NCBI GenBank assembly: GCA_963790995.1
Contig: CAWBQQ010000001.1
Location: 1,617,552 to 1,681,551 of the forward strand
Source of the DNA: an uncultured Bacteroidota bacterium
Lineage (GTDB): Bacteria; Bacteroidota; Ignavibacteria; Kryptoniales; JAKASW01
DNA length: 64,000 nt
Direction: 5' to 3'
The number at the start of each line of letters is the position of its first letter. The first letter of the stretch is position 1. The notes under the pieces were generated by a model. The model did no database searches. It was not told where the DNA came from and was given only the letters and a program-made list of their open reading frames with translations. The position numbers were made by a program, and so were the translations under genes. Shown here in pieces: positions 52,719 through 60,945 of the stretch.

Positions 52719-54851
52719 ATGAGGAAACAACTATTTACAAGTTTGGTAATAGTATTCCTTACGGCTGGATTTGCATTTTCTCAGACTGCGGCTCCGAAAG
52801 CCGGTGTCCAGGTGGTAGGGATGACGCCTTATACCTTGACGCAAGATTTCGGTTCCAAAGGAAGTTCAATGTATGCAACAACAGGTTTGAACACTGTCGG
52901 AGAAAAAACGATCGTTTACCTTCAGGCAATCGATTCCACAGGAGGCAAAATTCAGTCTGTATCATGGTCGGTCCAGGATCCGATTGGCGGAGGTGCCGTG
53001 ATCGACAGCGCGTCTGCGCCGTTCACAACAATTACCGTTGACACGACCGGACAATATACGATCAATCTTACTGTAACAACTGCAGGGGGAACGTCTAGCG
53101 CATCCACGGTAATTACTTCTGCTGACTACGTCGGCGTCGGCGACATGGGAATTGTATCGAACGACTCGGTGGCGACAGATAGCACCGGTCAACCCATAGC
53201 ACCTTCCGTCGTTCCTGAGTGCGGGACATGTCATCAGGGTCCGATGGTAGGATTCGGCTTCAGCGCCACGGCTGCATATTCAAATTGGGAGCAGACGGAA
53301 CATGCCAGCATGTTTAAGAATGGTGTAAACGGGCTGGTTAGTTCGCACTATTCCTCAAGCTGCATGAAATGCCATACAACGGGTTATAACCCGAACGCTG
53401 CGAACGGAAACTTTGCAGTGGTCGCGAGTCAGGCTGGCTGGACATTCCCGAAAACCCTTGTTGATTCGAACTTCGCGCATGTGTATCATACGTCGCCGCA
53501 GCTCGCACAGCTTGGAACTATAGGCTGCGAAAGCTGCCATGGTGCTGGAAGCGAGCACTGGGGCGACATCACCAAGATATCAGTTTCCCTTAACGCGTCT
53601 GTTTGCATGCAATGCCATGATTCTCCTCTAAATGAAATTGAAGGCCGGATGTGGACCAATAGTCCGCATGACAGCGGAATTTCAGCGATTCAAGCCGAAG
53701 AGGCTACAGTCAACAGCGGCAAGTCCACCTGTGCCAGGTGCCATAATGGAGCGGGTTTCGTGGACTACGCAAGCGGCAATGCCCTTCAATCCACGTACGG
53801 TGCGATACCGCTGACATGCGCCGGATGTCATGACCCACATGATGCTTCAAAGCCGTACCAGCTTCGAAAAGTCACAGCTGATACTTTAGAGAACGGCTTT
53901 ACCGTTAGCGGAGGCGGCGTAGGACAGCTTTGCATGAACTGCCATCGATCCAGAACTCCCGTCAATACTGGAGTAGCGGCCGGATATTCTTCCCATTTCG
54001 GACCTCACGAAGGCCCGCAGACGGATATGTTCTGGGGCCAGGACGGTTATCAATTTGGTAATAACGCAATAACCGGCCTCACCACCCATACACAGCTCAC
54101 GGACGCTTGTGTGACCTGCCACATGGTCTCCGACACACTTGACAAAAAGGCAACAAACCTTTTGGGCGGCCATACCTGGAAAATGAGCGGACCGGACAGT
54201 ACGGGAACACAAGTTGACAACACCACCGCATGCCGGTCGTGCCACGGTCCTATTACGAACTTCGACCAGATCCCTGCCCCGGCCGATTATGCCGGCATCG
54301 CGAACGGCGGACCAACGCCCGGAGTTCAGACCGAAGTAACAGCCTTGCTTGCAAAAGTCGCTTCCATACTTCCGGATTCGCTGGTCAACGGTAACATCAG
54401 TTCATCCGGCGCTGCGAAACTTACCCAAGATCAACTGGGCGCGTACTGGGATTATCTCCTGGTGAGCAAGGATGGAAGTCTCGGCGTTCACAACGCAAAA
54501 TATACATTTGCATTGTTGGAGGCCGCTATCGGCCAAATCACCGGCGTGAAAGTGTTGAGTACTCAAGCGCCACGTTCCTACGCTCTGGAACAAAACTATC
54601 CGAACCCGTTCAACCCTACAACGACGATAAACTTCTCCGTTGCGAAAACAGGAATTGTGAACGTGTCGGTTTACAACGAGATCGGACAGCTTGTCAAAGT
54701 ATTGGCCAATGACAACTACATTCCGGGAACATACCAGGTAATATGGAACGGCAGGAACAATGCAGGGATTACCGTTGCCAGCGGAGTGTATTTCTATAGG
54801 TTCACTGCAAAGGACTATGTCAACACGATGAAGATGGTATTTCTTAAATAA
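52719..54851 (+). CDS. multiheme c-type cytochrome (9 CxxCH) with Ig/PKD-like N-terminal region and T9SS C-terminal sorting domain
   Basis: 710 aa with signal peptide MRKQLFTSLVIVFLTAGFAFSQ. CxxCH motifs are CGTCH, CMKCH, CESCH, CMQCH, CARCH, CAGCH, CMNCH, CVTCH and CRSCH. The C-terminus reads EQNYPNPFNPTTTINF...GVYFYRF...MVFLK. AAAGGAG RBS. Confidence 0.85.
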   Translation: MRKQLFTSLVIVFLTAGFAFSQTAAPKAGVQVVGMTPYTLTQDFGSKGSSMYATTGLNTVGEKTIVYLQAIDSTGGKIQSVSWSVQDPIGGGAVIDSASAPFTTITVDTTGQYTINLTVTTAGGTSSASTVITSADYVGVGDMGIVSNDSVATDSTGQPIAPSVVPECGTCHQGPMVGFGFSATAAYSNWEQTEHASMFKNGVNGLVSSHYSSSCMKCHTTGYNPNAANGNFAVVASQAGWTFPKTLVDSNFAHVYHTSPQLAQLGTIGCESCHGAGSEHWGDITKISVSLNASVCMQCHDSPLNEIEGRMWTNSPHDSGISAIQAEEATVNSGKSTCARCHNGAGFVDYASGNALQSTYGAIPLTCAGCHDPHDASKPYQLRKVTADTLENGFTVSGGGVGQLCMNCHRSRTPVNTGVAAGYSSHFGPHEGPQTDMFWGQDGYQFGNNAITGLTTHTQLTDACVTCHMVSDTLDKKATNLLGGHTWKMSGPDSTGTQVDNTTACRSCHGPITNFDQIPAPADYAGIANGGPTPGVQTEVTALLAKVASILPDSLVNGNISSSGAAKLTQDQLGAYWDYLLVSKDGSLGVHNAKYTFALLEAAIGQITGVKVLSTQAPRSYALEQNYPNPFNPTTTINFSVAKTGIVNVSVYNEIGQLVKVLANDNYIPGTYQVIWNGRNNAGITVASGVYFYRFTAKDYVNTMKMVFLK

Positions 54852-54923
54852 TTTGCCCTCGCGGCATCCCGCACATATTATTTGAACAGTAATTGAGCGG
54901 GAAGGCAATCATCGTTTTGAGTT

Positions 54924-54957
54924 AAGGTCGTCCATGCTCATGGACGACCTTTTTTAT
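54924..54957. terminator. bidirectional intrinsic terminator between the cytochrome gene and yraN
   Basis: AAGGTCGTCCAT-gctc-ATGGACGACCTT followed by TTTTTATTT. Confidence 0.75.
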
Positions 54958-54981
54958 TTAGCTTGTCTGTGGGAGTATTTT

Positions 54982-55332
54982 TCAGAACGCATTTTCGATG
55001 ATCCGAATTCTCGTCGAGTTTTGCTTCAATTCCACGACCACTACGTCAAATCTGAAGTCGCAGTCGCCGAGTTCCCTTGCTGCAATATACCCCTCGGCAA
55101 CTTTGCGTATTTGCTGCTGCTTTCTGTAATTGACAGCATTTTCACCGCCCCCGTAAGCAGAGCTTGTTCTAGTCTTCACCTCGCAGAATGTTATCATCGA
55201 TCCTTTCTTTGCGATGATGTCTATTTCTCCGCGCTCATACCTGAAATTTCTTTCCATGACTTCGAAGCCGTTGCGTTTCAGGAATTCCGACGCAAGCTGT
55301 TCCCCTTTTGCTCCTAAAACTTTATTTAACAT
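54982..55332 (-). CDS. yraN: YraN-family (UPF0102) endonuclease-like protein
   Basis: 116 aa with GEQLASEFLKRNGFEVMERNFRYERGEIDIIA and FCEVKTR. Confidence 0.85.
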   Translation of the reverse strand: MLNKVLGAKGEQLASEFLKRNGFEVMERNFRYERGEIDIIAKKGSMITFCEVKTRTSSAYGGGENAVNYRKQQQIRKVAEGYIAARELGDCDFRFDVVVVELKQNSTRIRIIENAF

Positions 55333-55339
55333 GAGAATC

Positions 55340-55942
55340 TCAAAGCGCTATTGAGAAACTCCTGCGATGAATCGGAGAGAGTCCATATTCTCGAATTGCC
55401 TGCAGGTGTTCTGCGGTCAGGTAGCCTTTATTCCTTTCAAAAGAATATTTCGGAAATTCCCGGGCATAGCTGTGCATTAACTCGTCGCGTGAAGTCTTTG
55501 CAAGGATTGATGCCGCGGCAATTGAATAGATTTTCAAATCACCTTTGACGACGGAAATACAGGTCCTGCCCTTGAGATTTAGAAATTTTCCATCGATTAG
55601 AATTACCTGAGGCCTGATTTTCAGTGATTCGATCACTCTGTGAACTGCGAGCCGTGTAGCGTTTAAAATATTGACGTTATCTATCGTCTCGTGTGATACG
55701 TGCGCTATAGAAAAGTCGAGTGCCTTCGCCTTGATCACCGATGCGACCGGTGCCCGTCGATTTTCAGAAAGCTGTTTTGAATCCTGAACGCCTTCGATTA
55801 GATCCTGCATCGTAAGAATCACGGCAGCAGCAGTGACGGGGCCCGCTACCGGCCCTCTCCCTGCTTCGTCAACTCCTGCAATGTACTTCACACCTTCATG
55901 GTGGAACAGCTTTTCTAATTCGCAAGTAGGGAGAGTTTTCAT
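55340..55942 (-). CDS. rnhB: ribonuclease HII
   Basis: 200 aa with IAGVDEAGRGPVAGPV and DSKQL motifs. Confidence 0.9.
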   Translation of the reverse strand: MKTLPTCELEKLFHHEGVKYIAGVDEAGRGPVAGPVTAAAVILTMQDLIEGVQDSKQLSENRRAPVASVIKAKALDFSIAHVSHETIDNVNILNATRLAVHRVIESLKIRPQVILIDGKFLNLKGRTCISVVKGDLKIYSIAAASILAKTSRDELMHSYAREFPKYSFERNKGYLTAEHLQAIREYGLSPIHRRSFSIAL

Positions 55943-56038
55943 CGCGAGATTAATTTAAATAATCTTCGCGAGATTTTTACCTCATCTTTCGCCTTCGTGA
56001 TTGCTAATTGAGCCGCCGTTTATTAAGATGTTAATACA

Positions 56039-57331
56039 ATGGCAAAGTTACTCCTGTGCATCGCTCTTGTTTTCGTGCCAATTTTATCTCATGGATCGGG
56101 ATTCGCGGACGAAAGGGTGATGCTGATTCAGGTTGACGGAACGATTAATCCGGCGACCGCCGAATATATTTTGAATTCCATTTCGAAAGCGGAAGGTGAA
56201 CGAGAATCCGCTCTCATAATCGAAATGAATACCCCGGGCGGTTTGCTCGAATCGACAAGAAAAATCGTCCAGGGAATATTGGGGTCGTCGGTACCGGTTA
56301 TTGTCTATATCGCCCCGAGCGGATCGCGTGCCGGTTCGGCGGGCGTCTTTATTACGCTTTCTGCCAACATCGCGGCCATGGCTCCGGGCACCAACATCGG
56401 TGCGGCTCATCCCGTCGGCGGCGGAATTGGCACGGATACAACGTCAGTGGAAGCGCAAAAAGTTACCAACGATGCCGCAGCGTTCGTCAGGGCAATCGCG
56501 CAGAAGCGGCATCGTAATGTGGCATGGGCGGAGAACGCTGTTCGGCACAGCATATCCAATTCCGATTCTGAAGCCTTGAAGAAGGGCGTAATAGATCTCA
56601 TATCCCCGAGCTTGGACACCCTGCTGAAAGAAATCGACGGCCAATCAGTCGAGACCAGCAGCGGCAATGTCACGCTCAGAACCGCCGACGCAAAAGTGGA
56701 ATTTGTTCCTATGAACTGGCGCGAAAACTTTTTAGGGACAATAAGCGACCCGAACATCACTTACATTCTCATGATGGTCGGCGTGTTCGGAATTCTGTTC
56801 GAGCTTTTTAATCCGGGCTCGATATTGCCCGGCGTAGTCGGTGCGATCTCTTTGATACTCGCCTTCTACGCATTTCAAACTCTTCCGATAAATTATGCCG
56901 GGCTCGCCTTAATAGTCTTCGCAATTATCCTTTTTATCGCTGAAGTCAAGATCATGAGCCATGGTCTCCTTGCTATCGGCGGAGTTATTTCTTTGTTTCT
57001 CGGCTCGGTGATGTTAATCAGCTCTCCTTTCGAATTAGTCAGCATTTCGTTGAGCGTGATAATAACCACTGTCGTCGTCGCGGCAGTCTTCTTCACCTGG
57101 ATAATCGGGCTTGGCCTCAGGGCACAAAAAAAAGAATCTGCGACAGGTTTTGAGGGAATGTACGGGGAAGAGGGATCTGCTGCCTCAGAAATCAACCCCG
57201 GCGAAGTCGGGCAGGTCAACGTTCACGGGGAAATATGGAAGGCGACTTCGGCCCAGCCCGTGAAAGCCGGCGAAAAAGTCATAATAGAGTCAGCTTCAAA
57301 CTGGATTTTGAAAGTTAAACAAAAAAAGTAG
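56039..57331 (+). CDS. NfeD-family membrane-bound ClpP-class serine protease
   Basis: 430 aa. It has a ClpP-like N-terminal domain ([14 protein letters not shown]), central TM helices and a C-terminal OB-fold (GEIWKATS). Precedes the stomatin gene. Confidence 0.85.
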   Translation: MAKLLLCIALVFVPILSHGSGFADERVMLIQVDGTINPATAEYILNSISKAEGERESALIIEMNTPGGLLESTRKIVQGILGSSVPVIVYIAPSGSRAGSAGVFITLSANIAAMAPGTNIGAAHPVGGGIGTDTTSVEAQKVTNDAAAFVRAIAQKRHRNVAWAENAVRHSISNSDSEALKKGVIDLISPSLDTLLKEIDGQSVETSSGNVTLRTADAKVEFVPMNWRENFLGTISDPNITYILMMVGVFGILFELFNPGSILPGVVGAISLILAFYAFQTLPINYAGLALIVFAIILFIAEVKIMSHGLLAIGGVISLFLGSVMLISSPFELVSISLSVIITTVVVAAVFFTWIIGLGLRAQKKESATGFEGMYGEEGSAASEINPGEVGQVNVHGEIWKATSAQPVKAGEKVIIESASNWILKVKQKK

Positions 57332-57339
57332 AGGATCGT

Positions 57340-58095
57340 ATGGACATTTCGGCATTTATAATCATAATTTTCCTGATCTTTTTCCTTTCGAGCGCTATCA
57401 GAATTCTGAGAGAATATGAACGCGCTGTAATTTTCAGGCTCGGAAGACTCATCGAGTCGAAAGGACCGGGACTCATATTGCTTATACCGATAATCGATAA
57501 GATGGTACGAGTGAGCTTGAGGACGATTGCGCTGGACGTCCCGCCTCAGGACATCATCACACGCGACAACGTCTCGATAAAGGTAAGCGCCGTAATCTAT
57601 TTCAGGGTATTAGATTCGAGAAAGGCCGTTGTAGAAGTTGAGGACTACCTGTTTGCCACAAGCCAGATGTCGCAAACAACATTGAGAAGTATCCTCGGCC
57701 AGTCGGAGCTCGATGAGCTCTTGGCGCAGCGCGAGAAGATCAACAAGGATCTTCAAGTTATCATCGACAATCACACGGAGCCGTGGGGTATAAAGGTGTC
57801 GAATGTCGAAGTGAAGCAAATAGATCTGCCGGAAGATATGCAGCGTGCCATGGCGCGGCAGGCAGAAGCTGAACGAGAAAGACGGGCGAAAGTAATAGCG
57901 GCAGAAGGTGAATTCCAGGCTTCGCAGCGTCTGGCGGATGCAGCGAAGATTTTAGGCGAACAGCCGAGTGCGCTGACGCTGAGGTACCTGCAAACTTTAT
58001 CCGAGATTGCGTCTGAAAATAATTCGACCACACTCTTTCCGGTTCCAATCGATCTCCTCACGCCGTTCCTTGCAAAAGGCGCGACTTCGAAATAG
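57340..58095 (+). CDS. SPFH/band 7 (stomatin-like) protein
   Basis: 251 aa with an N-terminal TM segment and [15 protein letters not shown] ... [19 protein letters not shown]. Confidence 0.9.
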   Translation: MDISAFIIIIFLIFFLSSAIRILREYERAVIFRLGRLIESKGPGLILLIPIIDKMVRVSLRTIALDVPPQDIITRDNVSIKVSAVIYFRVLDSRKAVVEVEDYLFATSQMSQTTLRSILGQSELDELLAQREKINKDLQVIIDNHTEPWGIKVSNVEVKQIDLPEDMQRAMARQAEAERERRAKVIAAEGEFQASQRLADAAKILGEQPSALTLRYLQTLSEIASENNSTTLFPVPIDLLTPFLAKGATSK

Positions 58096-58125
58096 TGGGG
58101 ACTTTTCGCCGTTTATTCAAAAATA

Positions 58126-58160
58126 AAGAAGCCCGTCCTCGATCAGTGGATGGGCTTCTT
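58126..58160. terminator. bidirectional hairpin between the stomatin and lipoprotein genes
   Basis: AAGAAGCCCGTCC-tcgatcagt-GGATGGGCTTCTT, a 13-bp stem with one G-U pair, followed by TGTTG. Confidence 0.6.
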
Positions 58161-58182
58161 TGTTGAACAATTTATTAATGGA

Positions 58183-58896
58183 TCAGGACCACGTTCCGCT
58201 GTCAGCGACAGTGCCATCGAGGTTCCATTCCGTGTAACTGCCCGATCCGTTTGCGTTCCATTTAATGTCCCAAGTCTCTACTGTTCCGCTATACTCCACC
58301 AGCTCGCCGCTCTTGTCCTTGTTTTCCGTAATTACATCTTTCTGGAAGGCGGTTCCAGTTGTATCGTTTTCGACAATTTTTCCGGTGAGCACACCCGTGG
58401 AGCTTGTGGACCATGTGAGCGCGTATTCGGCCGTTTTCTCATTCGGATAAAATATCGACCAATTTCCGCTGCTTCCGTCTGTGCTTTCAGATCCGGACAA
58501 CGCAGTCCAGTTGTTGTAGTTTGCAGTTGCATTCGATCCATTAAAAACGAGCGACCAGTTGTAACCGCTCGAGCTGGAAGTGGCTGTCCATGTTGCCGTG
58601 ATACCGTCTGCAGTTTCCGTCCACGTCCATGAGTTACCCGACTGTTTGCCTGTTCCGACATAATAGGCGAGAAAAGTTCCGGAAACGGCGGTGAATGTGC
58701 TAGCGTATCCGCTGGCGTATAGATAACCTGCACTTGTGTCCGCGCTCGCAGAAGTGCTGCTCGGACCGGTGAACGTCGGCGCGACAAGTGTCGGTGCCGT
58801 GCCATTATTGCCTGTGGAACTGCTGCTTTTAGAGCAGCTCGCCACGACTAACGCAAGCATCAAAATCACGCCGATGTTTGTTAACTTTCTCAACAT
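58183..58896 (-). CDS. Ser/Thr/Gly/Trp-rich lipoprotein, unknown function
   Basis: 237 aa with lipobox LVVASC. The mature part shows repeated ...G..W(T/S)... beta-like units (TWTWTETADGITATW, GYNWSLVF, GNWSIFY, ETWDIKWNANGSGSYTEW). Confidence 0.6.
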   Translation of the reverse strand: MLRKLTNIGVILMLALVVASCSKSSSSTGNNGTAPTLVAPTFTGPSSTSASADTSAGYLYASGYASTFTAVSGTFLAYYVGTGKQSGNSWTWTETADGITATWTATSSSSGYNWSLVFNGSNATANYNNWTALSGSESTDGSSGNWSIFYPNEKTAEYALTWSTSSTGVLTGKIVENDTTGTAFQKDVITENKDKSGELVEYSGTVETWDIKWNANGSGSYTEWNLDGTVADSGTWS

Positions 58897-59052
58897 TGAA
58901 ATTCCTCCCTTTTGTATTAATATTCTAAAATTGGCTTGTAGTCAGCATCAAAAAATAGTGAAAATCTATTGTCCTAACAAGTGCAGGTTTTGGTTGGTTC
59001 CGAGTTTGCCTTCAATCTACGGCTTGGTTAAATTTAGTGAGGAGATAATTTT

Positions 59053-59946
59053 ATGAAATGGCTTGTTTGTTTAATTGTATTCGCCTTTGCATCTGTTGCA
59101 TCAGCGCAGGAAATTGATTGTACCGTTACGCTGAATACCGACGCACTGAATCCATCTGACCGCGTCAACATTCAAAATCTCGGGCCGAGTTTACAAAATT
59201 ATATAAACAGCTACAGGTGGACCGGCGAAGATTTCAAAGGCCCCAAGATCAAAGTTACGCTGAGCATTTCTATAATGTCCGTAACCAGCGGAACAAACGG
59301 TCAGACTTACACTGCAGAAGCATTTATCGCAAGCCAACGGCCGATCTACAAATCCAGAGACATCTCTCCGATGTTTCGCGTTATCGATAATTCCTGGCAG
59401 TTCGGCTATCAGAAAGATGAACCGCTGCAGCATAATGAATTCCACTTCGATCCACTCGTAGGTTTCATTGACTACTATATATATGTGATTCTCGGTTTCG
59501 ATTATGATTCCTACGACCCGCTTGGAGGCACGAAGTATTTCCAGCAAGCTTCCAACATAGTGTCACAAGGACAGAACAGTGATAACCCGCAGGGCTGGCA
59601 GCTAAGCGGCGCAGGCACATATTCAAGATCCGCATTGGTTACGGGCGTTTTGTCGGGAAGTTACGAACCGTTCAGAAAAGCATTTTACAATTATGAATAT
59701 AACGGCATAGACTTGTTGACGACTCAGCGGGATTCGGCTCAGGCTGTAATCGCAAATTCGTTGAGCAAAATTGCGGACGTAGTCATGCAATCCGGAACTC
59801 GCAGTGCTCTGGCCAAGGTATTTTTTGACGCAAAATATCAGGAGATTGCAGACGCGCTCAAAGACTATCCTGATAAAGGAATTTTTCAGAAGCTGTCGAT
59901 AGTGGACCAGTCGCACCAATCTACTTACGCGAAGTATCTAAATTAG
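59053..59946 (+). CDS. DUF4835-family protein (PorD-like T9SS-associated protein)
   Basis: 297 aa with a signal peptide. AQEIDCTVTLN..., YYIYVILGFDYDSYDPLGG and VFFDAKYQEIAD match my recollection of DUF4835 conserved blocks. Confidence 0.7.
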   Translation: MKWLVCLIVFAFASVASAQEIDCTVTLNTDALNPSDRVNIQNLGPSLQNYINSYRWTGEDFKGPKIKVTLSISIMSVTSGTNGQTYTAEAFIASQRPIYKSRDISPMFRVIDNSWQFGYQKDEPLQHNEFHFDPLVGFIDYYIYVILGFDYDSYDPLGGTKYFQQASNIVSQGQNSDNPQGWQLSGAGTYSRSALVTGVLSGSYEPFRKAFYNYEYNGIDLLTTQRDSAQAVIANSLSKIADVVMQSGTRSALAKVFFDAKYQEIADALKDYPDKGIFQKLSIVDQSHQSTYAKYLN

Positions 59947-60038
59947 TTCTCGATAAATATGCGGGTCGCATCCCGCTTTACTTTTTCAGCCGGACATAAT
60001 TTCTAGAGGCATTCAAAATTAATCGATGAGGGCACATT

Positions 60039-60923
60039 ATGGCAAAGACTGGTCGTGCAATCCACCTATATATTCTTTCCCTGGTTTGCTTGATTTGCAG
60101 CAGCAGTGTACACGCCGGATTTGAACGCAGATATTCCGGCACACGTTCGCTCGGCACGGCGGGGACGCTCTGTGCTTTCGGTGAGGATCCATGGTCGCTA
60201 TATTATAATCCGGCTCATGCTGCCGAAGTCAGGGAGCTGAGTATTTTTTACGTGCCCTCCACTTTAGGCGTCCAGGAAGTGAAGTCCACGGGAATTGCTT
60301 ACCGCGACAATTTATTTGGAATCGATTTCGGCGGCGCGGCGCAGACATTCGGATTCGATCTTTATCGCGAGAATGTTTTCACGCTGAATCTGTCCGCACC
60401 GATCTACGATTTTCTTTTTGTCGGCACCAATATAAATGCCGATCATCTCTTCATAAGCGGTTACGGGACTGATCTGGCGGTGAGCGTCGATGCGGGAGCC
60501 AAGATGTTTTTGTCGAAAAACTTCTCACTCGGTTTCAACACGACAAACATAAATTCCGCATCTGAGACACTGTCGAACGATAGATTGCCGCAGACTTTTA
60601 CCGGTGGAGTCTCTTTCGAAACGGATGAATTTCACGTCGGCCTGGAATACTTCAAAGAGATCGGATTTCCTGCAGCAATAAGAATCGCCGCCGAATACTC
60701 ACCTGTGAAATTTATGACGGTCCAGGCGGGTTCTGCCAGCGGAACCGATTCATTCAACGCAGGACTCGCCGTCAGGTTTCTGTCGTTCGAACTGGAATAT
60801 GCCGCAGCCTTTCACCAGGTGCTTGGCGTCACGCAGTCTTTCGGAATATCGTTTGATTTTTCGCACGACGACAGAACGGAGTTCGAGAAAATTGAAGACT
60901 ATCGAGAAGCATTAAGAAAATAA
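60039..60923 (+). CDS. putative outer-membrane beta-barrel protein (PorQ/PorV-like), tentative
   Basis: 294 aa with a signal peptide. The N-terminal SGTRSLGTAGTLCAFGEDPWSLYYNPAHAA resembles the aR..aLGGa......D......NPA motif of PorV/PorQ-type barrels. Alternating-strand pattern throughout. Confidence 0.4.
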   Translation: MAKTGRAIHLYILSLVCLICSSSVHAGFERRYSGTRSLGTAGTLCAFGEDPWSLYYNPAHAAEVRELSIFYVPSTLGVQEVKSTGIAYRDNLFGIDFGGAAQTFGFDLYRENVFTLNLSAPIYDFLFVGTNINADHLFISGYGTDLAVSVDAGAKMFLSKNFSLGFNTTNINSASETLSNDRLPQTFTGGVSFETDEFHVGLEYFKEIGFPAAIRIAAEYSPVKFMTVQAGSASGTDSFNAGLAVRFLSFELEYAAAFHQVLGVTQSFGISFDFSHDDRTEFEKIEDYREALRK

Positions 60924-60945
60924 TGATAGTCAGGAAATCGAAAAG

